A stretch of DNA of 64,000 nucleotides, from contig PNAP01000047.1 of the NCBI GenBank assembly GCA_003169735.1, positions 9,223 to 73,222 on the forward strand, in the 5' to 3' direction. Positions within the stretch are counted from its first letter, which is position 1. Every line of letters begins with the position of its first letter. This DNA comes from Chloroflexota bacterium (GTDB lineage: Bacteria; Chloroflexota; Limnocylindria; Limnocylindrales; CSP1-4). Below, in pieces: positions 1 to 9,659 of this stretch. Below the pieces are notes generated by a model. The model did not search any database, was not told the origin of the DNA, and saw only the letters and a program-made list of their open reading frames with translations. Both the position numbers and the translations under genes were made by a program.

Positions 1-26
1 CGGCTCATGCGCCGCGACCGCGGCAT

Positions 27-722
27 CTACCGGCTCTTGGCGGAGTCGGAGTGGCCCGGTCCCGCCGAGGCGACCGGCGGCGGCGGAGTGGCCGGCTGAC
101 CGTCCGCCCGTCGGACGTGCGGAGTCCGTCCATTGCCGACGAGCGTGTACCCACCGCTCAGGCTCGGCTCGATCAGGCCGTAGTCGCCATCGCGTCGCCG
201 ATACAGGACGGCGAGCTGCTCCGTCTCCGCGTTGACGAAGACGAAGAAGGTGTGGCCGAGCTCCTCCATCCGGCTCACGGCGTCCTCTTCGAACATCGGT
301 TCGATGGCGAACCGCTTGACCTTGACCACGCGCGAGTGCGCGCCCTCGGGTGTCGCCGTGCTGGGCGTCGCCGTCCCGTCGGCGAGTCGCCGCAGGAGGT
401 CCTTCTCCTCGTCGGGTCGGCTGTGGAGTCGGGGACGCTCGCGCTCATCGACCGCCTGCCGCTCGAGCTTATCGATGACCTCATCGATGGCGGCGCGATG
501 CGTGGCGGCTCGTGCCGCGCCGTGGATCGGCCGGCCATCGACGACCAGCGAGACCTCGACGATGTGGCTTGCGGCGACGCTCCGGTGTCGCTCGATCGAG
601 AGCTCGATGATGGCGTCGCTCCGGTCATCGAGGATCCGTCCGAGCCGTCCCATCTTGCGTTCGATATAGGCACGGTCCGCGTCGGGAACATCGAAGTTCT
701 TGCCTCTGACGATCGTTCGCAT
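27..722 (-). CDS. hpf: ribosome hibernation promoting factor, long form (HPF/YvyD family)
   Basis: N-terminal S30AE-type block MRTIVRGKNFDVPDADRAYIERK. C-terminal dimerisation block VVKVKRFAIEPMFEEDAVSRMEELGHTFFVFVN. Lies directly after comFC, as in many Gram-positives. Confidence 0.9.
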   Translation of the reverse strand: MRTIVRGKNFDVPDADRAYIERKMGRLGRILDDRSDAIIELSIERHRSVAASHIVEVSLVVDGRPIHGAARAATHRAAIDEVIDKLERQAVDERERPRLHSRPDEEKDLLRRLADGTATPSTATPEGAHSRVVKVKRFAIEPMFEEDAVSRMEELGHTFFVFVNAETEQLAVLYRRRDGDYGLIEPSLSGGYTLVGNGRTPHVRRADGQPATPPPPVASAGPGHSDSAKSR

Positions 723-799
723 GCGCTGCCTCCTGTTCCGATTCTAGGCAGTCCCGCCAAACTCGCTCGACCGGGTCTTGGCGCACCGAAGCGCGCCGG

Positions 800-1453
800 T
801 CAGCGCTCTCGCGCCACGGTCAAGCCCGAGACGGCGAGCGCGCCCGAAGCCGTCAGGGCAGCGGCGCAGCCGGCGAGCGTGGCTCCAGTCGTGGTCACGT
901 CATCGATGAGTACCACCCAGCGCCCGTGGATGTGGCCGACCTCGCTCGCTCGCACGCCGAACGCGCCACCAACGTTGCGGGCTCGCTCGTCGCGCCCGAG
1001 GTGATGCTGGGCTTCGGTCGCCTCGCGTCGCTCGAGTGCCGTCACCATCGGCATCCCCAGCGCTTCGCCGACCGCACCGGCCAGCAACTCGGCCTGGTCA
1101 AAGCCCCGTTCCCGGCGCCGCTCCGGGTGGACCGGCACCGGTACCAGCACATCGCCGCCGACCCCGGCGCGGCGCCACCGCTCCGCCAGCAGATCGCCGA
1201 GCGGCCGCGCGAGGCGTCGCTCGCCGCCGTACTTCAGGGCGTGGATGGCCGCACGGGTCGGGCCGGTGAACGCAGCGCACCACTCGAGCTGGATGAGGCC
1301 ATCTGGGATGGCAGCCGGTAACCCGATCGGAGCACCCGGTGGCTCATCCATCCGCCGCGTCAGCGGTCGGCGGCAGCGCGGACAGACGATGGACCCTTCG
1401 CGTCCGCAGCCCGGACAGGCCGGTGGCAACAGCAGGTCGACCACGGTTCGCAT
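800..1453 (-). CDS. comFC: ComF family protein (phosphoribosyltransferase-like, ComFC)
   Basis: N-terminal double CxxC zinc ribbon (PPACPGCG...CPRCR) and PRTase motif VVLIDDVTTTGATL near the C-terminus. Confidence 0.85.
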   Translation of the reverse strand: MRTVVDLLLPPACPGCGREGSIVCPRCRRPLTRRMDEPPGAPIGLPAAIPDGLIQLEWCAAFTGPTRAAIHALKYGGERRLARPLGDLLAERWRRAGVGGDVLVPVPVHPERRRERGFDQAELLAGAVGEALGMPMVTALERREATEAQHHLGRDERARNVGGAFGVRASEVGHIHGRWVVLIDDVTTTGATLAGCAAALTASGALAVSGLTVARER

Positions 1454-1630
1454 CGGGCGATGATGCGCGGCGGCGCTTATCGGCCGATCATCCGGTGCTT
1501 ATCAGCCGCTTGGCGGCCACTTGGCGGCCGCTTGGTAGCCACCCGGCGACGTATCATCGGGCCGATGGGTAGGAGCGGCCCGCTCGGATCGCCCGTCGCT
1601 GGGCCGCCCGGGGCATCGGGCGAGCATTCG

Positions 1631-2707
1631 ATGGCCGAGCGCCGGCGACGCCTGGTCCTGGCGGCTATCCCAGGGTTGGCGATCCTCGCTGGCATCTTCC
1701 TCGTCGTGGCGATGATCTCCCTGAGCGGAACGTCGGGTTGGGGTTTCGACTTCGAGGCGTACTTCCTGGCGGCCATGCGGCTGGCCCGCGGCGATGCCAT
1801 CTATCTCGCCCAGACGCTGTCAGGCCCGTTCCGGCCGGGGCCATATGGGCTCTACCTCTACGCGCCGCCACTGGCGGCCGCCCTCGTCCCGCTGACGGCG
1901 CTTTCGCTGCCGGCGGCGGCCGCGGTGTGGGCTGGCTTCCGTGTCCTGCTGCTCGCGGTGACCTGCCTGTTGATGCCCGTCTCGCGCCACGTTCGTCTTG
2001 CCACGTTCGCCGTGGCGGCGGTCAGCAGCGCCGTGCTCAACGACCTCCACCTCGGGAACGTCAGCATCCTCGTCGCGTTCCTGTCGGTCGTGACCTGGCG
2101 CTGGCTCGACCGTCCGCTCGGCGCGGCCGGCCTGGCGATGGCTCTGTTCGTACGCCCGACGATGGGCCTCGTCCTCATCTGGTCGCTGCTTCGCCGACAG
2201 TGGCGGCCCGTGCTGTGGACGGCGCTGATCGCCCTCATCGTGGTCGCCGCCACCCTCCCGCTGGTCGGTGTCCAGAGCTACTTCGACTACCTTCGCGTGC
2301 TCACCAACGTGAGCGATGTCACGGGCGTCGCCAAGGATCTCGATCTCGGATCGACCGTCCTCGGGCTGGGAGCCGGCGCGACGGCCGCGACCATCGCCCT
2401 GTTCGGCGGATACGCCATCGCCATCGTGGCCATCGTGGCAAGCACGCGACGCGATCGCGAGACCGGCTACGTGGTGACGCTCGGCGCGACCCTCCTGGCC
2501 GCGCCGCTGCTGTGGGATCACTACCTCGTCTGGCTGATCATCCCCGCGGCGTTCCTTGCGCAACGCGGTCGTCCGTGGGCCATCGCCCTGCCACTCCTCA
2601 GCTGGCTGCCCGCGCCGCTCGTGCCACTGCTGGTGATCGTGGGCACGCTCCTGCCATTCGCCGCTCGTCCCAGGCCGCTGTCTCCGATCACCGCCCACCC
2701 CGCCTGA
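1631..2707 (+). CDS. GT87/DUF2029-like polytopic glycosyltransferase (GT-C)
   Basis: Multi-TM protein with first-loop motif GWGFDFEAYFLAAMRLARGDAIY, typical of DUF2029/GT87 enzymes. ATG at 1631 (MAERRRR followed by a TM) is preferred over the track start at 1460. Confidence 0.7.
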   Translation: MAERRRRLVLAAIPGLAILAGIFLVVAMISLSGTSGWGFDFEAYFLAAMRLARGDAIYLAQTLSGPFRPGPYGLYLYAPPLAAALVPLTALSLPAAAAVWAGFRVLLLAVTCLLMPVSRHVRLATFAVAAVSSAVLNDLHLGNVSILVAFLSVVTWRWLDRPLGAAGLAMALFVRPTMGLVLIWSLLRRQWRPVLWTALIALIVVAATLPLVGVQSYFDYLRVLTNVSDVTGVAKDLDLGSTVLGLGAGATAATIALFGGYAIAIVAIVASTRRDRETGYVVTLGATLLAAPLLWDHYLVWLIIPAAFLAQRGRPWAIALPLLSWLPAPLVPLLVIVGTLLPFAARPRPLSPITAHPA

Positions 2708-2717
2708 TCGGCGGCAT

Positions 2718-3089
2718 TCAGGCCGGTCGTGGCTCGGCGGTCTCCAGAGCGAGTCGGTCGCCGACGGCCAGGCCGGTTCGCGCGATGGTGCCGGCCTCGA
2801 GCTCGAAGACCGCCGCGGCGCCACGGACCGGCATGACCAGACCGCGCCATGGGCGAAGAGCCGCTCGAAGTCCGACGACCGTCCAGCCATCTCCGGCATC
2901 GTTGCCTTGAACGAAGACGGCATCGATGGCGAAGCGCATGAAGAACATGTGGATGCTGTTGTCGGCGAGGAACAGGCCCTCGCCCGGCCCGAGCGCCCGG
3001 CGGCCCATCAGCCCGCGGAAGCGTGCCCAGAAGGTCGATGCCACGGCGATCCGGTTGGCCACCACTGTGGCGCGCGTCAGGTCACGCAG
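2718..3089 (-). CDS. DUF192 (COG1430) domain protein
   Basis: Only the C-terminal ~120 aa of ORF 2718..3500 look DUF192-like (FWARFRGLMGRRALGPGEGLFL...IHMFFMRFAIDAVF). The rest of the ORF overlaps tadC out of frame. The start codon is unresolved (GTG near 3062 or a non-canonical codon near 3089). Confidence 0.55.
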   Translation of the reverse strand: MRDLTRATVVANRIAVASTFWARFRGLMGRRALGPGEGLFLADNSIHMFFMRFAIDAVFVQGNDAGDGWTVVGLRAALRPWRGLVMPVRGAAAVFELEAGTIARTGLAVGDRLALETAEPRPA

Positions 3090-3130
3090 GCGCCACGGAC
3101 CTGGACCCGGGCCTGGCCCGATGGGCGGGC

Positions 3131-4060
3131 TCAGTGGTTCAGACCGCCGAGGTTGACCGCGATGAGGATGATGGCCGGCCCGAGGATGACGATGAACATC
3201 GACGGGAAGATGCAGCCGACGAGCGGGAAGAGCATCTTGATGGGCGCCTTGGCGGCCATCTCCTCGGCGCGCTGGCGCCGTTCGATGCGCAACTGCTCCG
3301 ACTGGATCTGAAGGACCTTGCTGATCGAGACGCCCAACTGCTCGGCCTGGATGATGGCGCCGATGAAGTTGGTGAGCGCCGGCACGTCGGTTCGCGCGAC
3401 GATGTCGCGCAGCGCGTCGCGGCGTGCCTTGCCGACGCGGATCTCGTTCAGGGCTCGGTTGAACTCGTCGGCGAGCGGCCCCTTGTTCTTCTCCACACAC
3501 TTGGCCAGAGCCGCATCGAAACCGAGGCCGGCCTTGACCGAGATGGTGAGGAGGTCGAGCGTATCGGGCACGGCCATCAGGATGGCCTTGCGGCGTTTCT
3601 TGATGCGGCGGCCGAGCCAGAACTCTGGCGCGAAGAAGCCGATCGCGCCGGTCGCCACGGAGGCAAGGAACCCGAATGCCAGGTCACCGGCGAGAAGCCC
3701 GAGGAGCAGGAAGCTGACGCCGGCTGAGCCGAGCGCCACGACGGCCTTGAGGCCGAGGAAATCCATCGTGCGCAGGTCGGCCGGGTTGCCGGCCATCGCC
3801 AGGCGACGTTCGGTTCGGCTCGTGCGCTTGGTGCCGGTGAGTTTCTGACCGATGCCGGAGAGACGCACCGCCAACGGGCGGATGGTCCGCTCGAAGAACG
3901 GCTGCTGAAGTTCGAGTTCCTCGAGGCTCCGGGCCTGCATGGACCCGAGTTGGGTCAGGCGCGCCTGGACGGGGTCTCCGCGCCGAGCACCGGCGACCGA
4001 ATAGAAGATGAGCAGGACGCCGACGGCCGCGACGACCGCCATGATCAACGACAGGGACAT
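3131..4060 (-). CDS. tadC: Flp pilus assembly membrane protein TadC (T2SS-F family)
   Basis: 309-aa polytopic protein with an N-terminal TM and a T2SSF-like core. It is the second of two paralogs directly downstream of cpaF. Confidence 0.85.
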   Translation of the reverse strand: MSLSLIMAVVAAVGVLLIFYSVAGARRGDPVQARLTQLGSMQARSLEELELQQPFFERTIRPLAVRLSGIGQKLTGTKRTSRTERRLAMAGNPADLRTMDFLGLKAVVALGSAGVSFLLLGLLAGDLAFGFLASVATGAIGFFAPEFWLGRRIKKRRKAILMAVPDTLDLLTISVKAGLGFDAALAKCVEKNKGPLADEFNRALNEIRVGKARRDALRDIVARTDVPALTNFIGAIIQAEQLGVSISKVLQIQSEQLRIERRQRAEEMAAKAPIKMLFPLVGCIFPSMFIVILGPAIILIAVNLGGLNH

Positions 4061-4063
4061 GGC

Positions 4064-5080
4064 CTAGACCTCGATGTCAACGATGCGACGGATGAGGAGG
4101 AAGCCCATGACCATCATGAATGCCCCGATGCCGAGGATGATCATCCCGGCTGGTAGGCCCATGACCTCGGGCGGCTTCATGAACATCGGGTCCATGAATT
4201 TCGGTGCGATGAACATCAGGATGCCGACGAGACCGATGGGCAGGAAGCCGACGACATAGCCCGACATCCGTGCCTGGGCAGTCAGCGTTCGGATCTCTCC
4301 CTTGATTCGAACGCGCTCTCGGATCGTGAAGCCGATGGAATCGAGGATCTCGGCGAGGTTGCCACCGACCTGGTGCTGGATCTGGATGGCCGTGGCCATC
4401 AGCTCGAGGTCGTCGGAACGGACGCGGCGGACCATGTTGCCGAGGGCCTGTTCGAACGGAAGGCCGAGGTTCACTTCACGGATGACCCGGCCGAACTCGG
4501 TCGAGATGGGCGGCTGGGTCTCGCGCACGACCATCTCGATGGCCTGCAGGAACGATGAGCCCGACCGCAACGCGTTGGCGATGAGGGTGATGGTGTTGGC
4601 GAGGCCGGCGTTGAACTGCTTGAGGCGCTTGCTCTTGCGGCGGCTGAGCCAGAAGCGCGGCAGCCAGAAGCCGAGCACCAGGGCGATCAGGTATCCGATG
4701 GGGTTGCCCACCATCGGCAGCATCGTCGCACCGAGGACGACGAAGAGGGCCGGCACGCCGACGAGAGCCCCGACGCGGATGGCCAGGAACTCGCTCGGTT
4801 TCAGGGCCAGGTCGGCCCGTGCCAGCTCGCGGGCAAGGTTGGCGCCGAAGTCGCCGCGCTCGACGATGCGGTTGATGTTGACGGCGGCGGCCGAACTCGA
4901 GAGCAGCGAGCCGATGGTGGGGCGTGGCGCTTTGGGCGCCCGAGCGGCCGTCTCGGCCGCCTGCCCAGAGGCGTAGCGCTCGAGGCGCGCGTTGACGTCG
5001 CCGCCGCGGCTGCTGAGGATGCCCACGAAGATGAGCAGCACGGAGACCGCGGCGAGGATTGCCAGGGCGAGAGTGACCAT
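4064..5080 (-). CDS. tadB: Flp pilus assembly membrane protein TadB (T2SS-F family)
   Basis: 338-aa T2SSF-like membrane protein. Its start lies 11 nt after the cpaF stop and its stop 4 nt before the tadC start. Confidence 0.85.
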   Translation of the reverse strand: MVTLALAILAAVSVLLIFVGILSSRGGDVNARLERYASGQAAETAARAPKAPRPTIGSLLSSSAAAVNINRIVERGDFGANLARELARADLALKPSEFLAIRVGALVGVPALFVVLGATMLPMVGNPIGYLIALVLGFWLPRFWLSRRKSKRLKQFNAGLANTITLIANALRSGSSFLQAIEMVVRETQPPISTEFGRVIREVNLGLPFEQALGNMVRRVRSDDLELMATAIQIQHQVGGNLAEILDSIGFTIRERVRIKGEIRTLTAQARMSGYVVGFLPIGLVGILMFIAPKFMDPMFMKPPEVMGLPAGMIILGIGAFMMVMGFLLIRRIVDIEV

Positions 5081-5090
5081 CGTGCCGCTC

Positions 5091-6512
5091 CTAGAAGGTG
5101 GTGCCGAAGAGGCCGGGTGGCAGGTGGATGCCCATCACCTCGAACTTCTCGGAGAACTTGGGCCGGATGCCGGTGGCCTTGAGGCGACCCTGGATCTTGC
5201 CCTCGACGATGCCCGTCTGCTCGAACACGAACACGTCCTGCATGACGATGACGTCGCCTTCCATGCCCTGGACCTCGGTGATGTTGGTGATCTTGCGGGT
5301 GCCGTCCTTGAGCCGGCTCTGATGGACGATCAGGTCCACTGCCGAGGCGATCTGCTCGCGGATGGCGCGCAGCGGCAGTTCCACACCGCCCATCAGGACC
5401 ATCGTCTCCAGGCGCGAGAGCATGTCGCGCGGGGCATTGGCGTGGCCGGTCGACATCGATCCGTCGTGGCCGGTGTTCATGGCCTGGAGCATGTCCAGCG
5501 CCTCGCCGGCTCGGACTTCGCCGACGATGATGCGGTCGGGCCGCATGCGCAGGGCGTTGCGCACGAGTTCGCGGATGGGGATGGCACCCTTGCCCTCGAT
5601 ATTCGCGGGTCGCGCTTCGAGGGTCACCACGTGCTCCTGGCGCAGCTGGAGCTCGGCCGCGTCCTCGATGGTCACGATGCGTTCGTCGTTGGGGATGAAC
5701 GAACTCAGGATATTGAGCTCGGTCGTCTTGCCCGAACCGGTGCCGCCGGAGACGAAGATATTCAAGCGAGCCTCGACGCAGGCCTTCAGGAAGTCGAACA
5801 TCTCGGGTGTTGCCGTGCCGAAGCGGATGAGGTCATCGACCGTGAACGGCGAGGCGGCGAACTTCCGGATGGTGATGACCGGCCCGACCAGGCTGATGGG
5901 CGGGATGACGGCGTTGACGCGAGAACCGTCGACGAGACGGGCGTCGACCATCGGGCTGGATTCGTCTACGCGCCGGCCGATGGGCGAGATGATGCGGTCG
6001 ATGATGCGCATCACGTGGTCATCGTTCTGGAAGGTGACGTTGGTCAGCTCAAGCTTGCCGGCACGCTCGATGTAGACCTGGCGCGGGCCGTTGACCATGA
6101 CTTCGGTGACGCTCTCGTCGCGCAGCAGCGGTTCGAGCGGGCCGAGGCCGACGATCTCGTCGGTGATCTGTTCCAGCATGCGCACGCGCTCGGCGCGCGT
6201 AAGGGCGAGGCCTTCCTCGTCGACGGCACGGCTGAAGATCTCCTCGATCTGGCGGCGCACCTCGACCTGGTTGGTCAGGTCGAGCTTCGGGTCGAGGTCG
6301 GAGATGACCTTCTGCTGGATCCGGAACTTGGTGTCGCGGAACGATTCCCGGACCGGGACCTGCGACATCATGCGCGACGGCGTCGCCGTCCCACCCGCCG
6401 TGTGGCCACCGGTCGGGGCACCTGGCGACGTCGGGGCGTGGGCCGGCGAGAGCGGCGTGAGGGCGCCGTCAGCGCCGGGTCGGGCACTTTCGATCCGTCT
6501 CAGCAGCGACAT
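5091..6512 (-). CDS. cpaF: CpaF/TadA family pilus assembly ATPase
   Basis: Walker A FVSGGTGSGKTT, IVTIEDAAEL and His box GHDGSMSTGHAN. Start at 6512 (MSLLRRIE, GGAG 9 nt upstream) is preferred; the track start at 6599 would overlap cpaE by 44 nt. Confidence 0.9.
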   Translation of the reverse strand: MSLLRRIESARPGADGALTPLSPAHAPTSPGAPTGGHTAGGTATPSRMMSQVPVRESFRDTKFRIQQKVISDLDPKLDLTNQVEVRRQIEEIFSRAVDEEGLALTRAERVRMLEQITDEIVGLGPLEPLLRDESVTEVMVNGPRQVYIERAGKLELTNVTFQNDDHVMRIIDRIISPIGRRVDESSPMVDARLVDGSRVNAVIPPISLVGPVITIRKFAASPFTVDDLIRFGTATPEMFDFLKACVEARLNIFVSGGTGSGKTTELNILSSFIPNDERIVTIEDAAELQLRQEHVVTLEARPANIEGKGAIPIRELVRNALRMRPDRIIVGEVRAGEALDMLQAMNTGHDGSMSTGHANAPRDMLSRLETMVLMGGVELPLRAIREQIASAVDLIVHQSRLKDGTRKITNITEVQGMEGDVIVMQDVFVFEQTGIVEGKIQGRLKATGIRPKFSEKFEVMGIHLPPGLFGTTF

Positions 6513-6555
6513 GGGTTCGACTCCATAGGGTTCCGGCGCGATGCCGTGGTCATCG

Positions 6556-7800
6556 TCATCGCCTTGCGAAGAGGGACCTGCGCTGGGCGGTGCTGGCATC
6601 CGGGACGGGCGCCACGACGGCGTCCCCGATGACGGCCCGAGCGAGGGCGAGGATGTCCTGACTGACCTGTGCCTGGCGATTGCTCACCACGAACGGCACG
6701 CCGCGATTGAGGGCGTAGACGACGGTGCGGCCGTCGCTCACGACGGTGTGGTCGATCTTGCGACCGATGGAGTTCTCGACGTCTGCCACCCGGATGCCGT
6801 AGGCCGAGTCGGCGCGATTGAGGACCAGGCGGACCTTGGACTCGGGGTAGCCGAGCTGTCCGACCACCTCGAGGAACAGCCGCATGTTCTTGATGTTGGT
6901 GATCTCGAGCGTCAGCAGCGCGAGGATGAGGTCGGACATGTCCAGCAATGCCAGGGTGGCGTCCTGGAAGAGCGGCCACGAGTCGACGATGACGACATCA
7001 TGCTTGTCGCGCAGCCGGCCGATGATCTTGCGGATGTGGTCAGGGGTGATCAACTCCGACACCTCGGGTGTCGGTGGCGCGAGGAGGACCTTGACGCCCG
7101 TGCTGTGGACGATGAGCGCCGAGTCGACCGCCTCAAGATCGCCGTTGGCGACATCCGACAGGACGTCGCCGATGGACGGATTCTTGGGATTGAGGTTGAG
7201 CAGCACCCCGACATCGCCGAACTGGAAGCTGGCATCGACGAGGGCGACGGTCTTGCCGAGGTCGGCGGCGGCGACGGCCAGGTTGACGGCCAGCGTGGTC
7301 CGCCCGACGCCGCCCTTGGGCGAGAAGAGCGTGATGACGTGCCCCGGCTCGTGCTCGACGTTGGGCGCGACCTTGCCATTGGTCGAGGCACGCGGCGGTG
7401 CGACCGCGCGACCCATCTTCTCGCGCTCACGCGAGTGGACCTGGCGGATGGATCCGGAGAGTTCATCCGAGCTGAACGGCTTGACCAGGAATTCGCGCGC
7501 GCCGGCCAGCATCGAGCGTCGCAGGTAGTCGACCTCACCCTGGACGCTCATCATCACGATGGCGGCGGAGGGCACCTCGGCCGATAGACGCTCGGCGGTG
7601 ACGATGCCGTCCATGCCCGGCATGTTGATGTCGAGAAGGACCACGTCGGGCAGCAGCTCAGCGGTCATCACCAGCGCTTCCGCGCCTGATGCGGCCGAGC
7701 CGACCACTTCGATGTCTGACTCGAAGCTCAGCAGCTTGGCCAGGTGTTCGCGCGTCTCCGGGATGTCATCGACGATGATGACCCGGGTCTTGTCGCTCAA
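6556..7800 (-). CDS. cpaE: CpaE/TadZ-type ParA/MinD-like ATPase with N-terminal receiver domain
   Basis: The receiver has an apparently intact acidic pocket (VIIVDD, VVLLDINMPGMDG, LVKPF). It is fused to a MinD-like ATPase (FSPKGGVGRTTLAVNLA). Confidence 0.85.
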   Translation of the reverse strand: MSDKTRVIIVDDIPETREHLAKLLSFESDIEVVGSAASGAEALVMTAELLPDVVLLDINMPGMDGIVTAERLSAEVPSAAIVMMSVQGEVDYLRRSMLAGAREFLVKPFSSDELSGSIRQVHSREREKMGRAVAPPRASTNGKVAPNVEHEPGHVITLFSPKGGVGRTTLAVNLAVAAADLGKTVALVDASFQFGDVGVLLNLNPKNPSIGDVLSDVANGDLEAVDSALIVHSTGVKVLLAPPTPEVSELITPDHIRKIIGRLRDKHDVVIVDSWPLFQDATLALLDMSDLILALLTLEITNIKNMRLFLEVVGQLGYPESKVRLVLNRADSAYGIRVADVENSIGRKIDHTVVSDGRTVVYALNRGVPFVVSNRQAQVSQDILALARAVIGDAVVAPVPDASTAQRRSLFARR

Positions 7801-7842
7801 CCTTGCCTCCAGCTCGCCATCGCCGTCACCCTGCCGATCCGA

Positions 7843-8709
7843 TCAGGGAACGGTGATGAAGACGGGCTGAGGCGGCAGCACGCCGTGGTCGTCGACGAGC
7901 TCTCGAAGCGTGACGCCACTGGTCGTGACGTCGGGTGCGTCCTTGTCCGCGGTCGAGCGAAGCACGAGCGTCAGGTGGCCGTCCAGCTGCGCGAAGCGGA
8001 CCATCTCGACCTGTTGCGGTGTCAGGCTCAGGACCGCCATCGAAGTCGGAGTCGTTGTCTGGCCCGTGTTCGCGTCGGTGGCGGTGCCGGTTGCGGTGGC
8101 GTCACCGCTGAGGATGGCCAGCACCTGGACGTTCTGGACGAGGACCTTGATCGAGGTGTCATTGACGAAGGTCGTGGCGTCGGTGGTCGTCTGCGTCGTG
8201 GTCCCGTTGTCGCCCGTGGTCGGGACGTTCGCGGTGACCGGGAATTTCTTGTCATCCGAGGCGACCGACAGGATGACGTCGACGTAGTCGCCCGGTTGGA
8301 CGAGGCCGCCGACCATCGCGAGGGGATCGACATCCACGGCGAGGGCCACGTGGCCGGCCGTCAGGGATTGCGTGACCTGGGTCGCGGCTTCGGCGGCGGT
8401 CGGCGCGAAGTCCGTCGACGCGAACGCGGTGCCGGCGGTGATGGGCTGCCGCGCCACGCGGCCGACCACATCGGATGCGTCGCGGTAGGTGTCGAGCGCC
8501 TGGGCAAGCGGCAGCTGCACCAAGGCGACCTGGTCGGAAGTGACCTGGCCACCGAGCGGGATGTCGGTCGCGGCGGTGACGACGGCGACCGTTTCGACGG
8601 GCGGTGTCTGAGCCGTGCTCGGCCCCGAGCCGAACATCAGCACACCACCGAACGCCACGATGGCAAGGACGACGCCGAGCAGGAGCATAAGGCGGTTCGA
8701 GCGCTTCAA
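7843..8709 (-). CDS. cpaB: Flp pilus assembly protein CpaB
   Basis: N-terminal membrane anchor (LMLLLGVVLAIVAFGGVLMF) followed by a Thr/Ala-rich periplasm-facing domain. Canonical position between flp and cpaE. Confidence 0.75.
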   Translation of the reverse strand: MKRSNRLMLLLGVVLAIVAFGGVLMFGSGPSTAQTPPVETVAVVTAATDIPLGGQVTSDQVALVQLPLAQALDTYRDASDVVGRVARQPITAGTAFASTDFAPTAAEAATQVTQSLTAGHVALAVDVDPLAMVGGLVQPGDYVDVILSVASDDKKFPVTANVPTTGDNGTTTQTTTDATTFVNDTSIKVLVQNVQVLAILSGDATATGTATDANTGQTTTPTSMAVLSLTPQQVEMVRFAQLDGHLTLVLRSTADKDAPDVTTSGVTLRELVDDHGVLPPQPVFITVP

Positions 8710-8874
8710 GGTGGGAACTCCCGATGTGATGTGAGGCCGAGGTCACTGTACGGATGGCGAGAGTGGCGAGCGATCATACGAAAGGGCTATACGAGGTAGG
8801 ACGGTGCGGTTCGGGGCGGTAGCCGCAGGTCCGGGTCAAACGGTCCGTGCGGCATCCGGCCCCCGGAAATGACC

Positions 8875-8914
8875 GAGCGGTGCCTGCCCCGGGAGGACGG
8901 GACCGGCACCGCTC
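8875..8914 (-). terminator. 10-bp stem-loop downstream of flp-1 (possible attenuator or terminator)
   Basis: GAGCGGTGCC (8875-8884) pairs with GGCACCGCTC (8905-8914) across a 20-nt loop. Only a weak T-run follows on the coding strand. Confidence 0.3.
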
Positions 8915-8943
8915 AGGGGTGCGAGGGAGATGTGCGGGTTGAG

Positions 8944-9117
8944 CTAGATCTGCGCGCCGATCGTCGAGAGGATCGTGCGGATCTGGGTGCCGAGGAAGAT
9001 CAGGGCCAGGATGGCGACCACGGCGATGAGAGCGAGGATGAGTGCATATTCGGCCAGTCCCTGGCCCTCCTCCTTGCGGAGCGAGAAGCTGGACAGCCAC
9101 GTGGTGATGAGCGCCAT
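8944..9117 (-). CDS. flp: Flp family type IVb pilin (flp-1)
   Basis: 57 aa: MALITTWLSSFSLRKEEGQG/LAEYALILALIAVVAILALIFLGTQIRTILSTIGAQI. Carries the Flp G/xxxxEY processing motif and a hydrophobic stem, with GGAGG upstream. It is the 3' part of track ORF 8944..9252. Confidence 0.9.
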   Translation of the reverse strand: MALITTWLSSFSLRKEEGQGLAEYALILALIAVVAILALIFLGTQIRTILSTIGAQI

Positions 9118-9275
9118 GTGCGTGTTACCTCCTTTCCTCAAAGGTTTCGTCGGTGATGACGTGCAGTCGAACTCTGTCGGCACCGTCGACCGCCATCCAT
9201 AGGAATGGGGTACTAGGCGCAACGTGGCGACGGTCCCGGTCGGAAGTGACATGGCGGATTCGGTGGCCGCCGGTA

Positions 9276-9315
9276 GACAAAAGAAAACGGCGCTGGTCGG
9301 TTGACCAGCGCCGTT
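9276..9315 (-). terminator. Rho-independent terminator after flp-2
   Basis: Perfect 13-bp stem AACGGCGCTGGTC (9286-9298 / 9303-9315) with a 4-nt loop. It is followed on the minus strand by TTTTCTTTTGTC. Confidence 0.8.
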
Positions 9316-9336
9316 CGACTGTGACGTGAAGGTGGA

Positions 9337-9510
9337 CTAGATGGCCGCGCCGATCGTCGAGAGGATCGTGCGGATCTGCGTGCCGAGGAAGATCAGGGCC
9401 AAGATGGCGACCACGGCGATGAGGGCGAGGATGAGTGCATATTCGGCCAGTCCCTGGCCCTCCTCCTTGCGGAGCGAGAAGCTGGACATCCAGTTCATGA
9501 GCTGCATCAT
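9337..9510 (-). CDS. flp: Flp family type IVb pilin (flp-2)
   Basis: 57 aa: MMQLMNWMSSFSLRKEEGQG/LAEYALILALIAVVAILALIFLGTQIRTILSTIGAAI. GGAGGT lies upstream. The mature part is almost identical to flp-1. Confidence 0.9.
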   Translation of the reverse strand: MMQLMNWMSSFSLRKEEGQGLAEYALILALIAVVAILALIFLGTQIRTILSTIGAAI

Positions 9511-9659
9511 CTGGGTTCGTACCTCCTTCCCTGAAGGGTCTGATTCGTCGGGTGACGTGTCGAGTGCACCGTGGCATCCCGCATCGGGGTCCGCAATGGG
9601 ACTCGGGTACTGCCGGCCCGCCCCGACGGTCATGGGTGGGTCGGCATCGAGGGGCGAGA

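Noticed and set aside
2718-3500. 260-aa version of the DUF192 ORF.
   Set aside because: The N-terminal 135 codons overlap the 3' end of tadC out of frame and are His/Arg/Pro-rich. Only the last ~120 aa look like DUF192.
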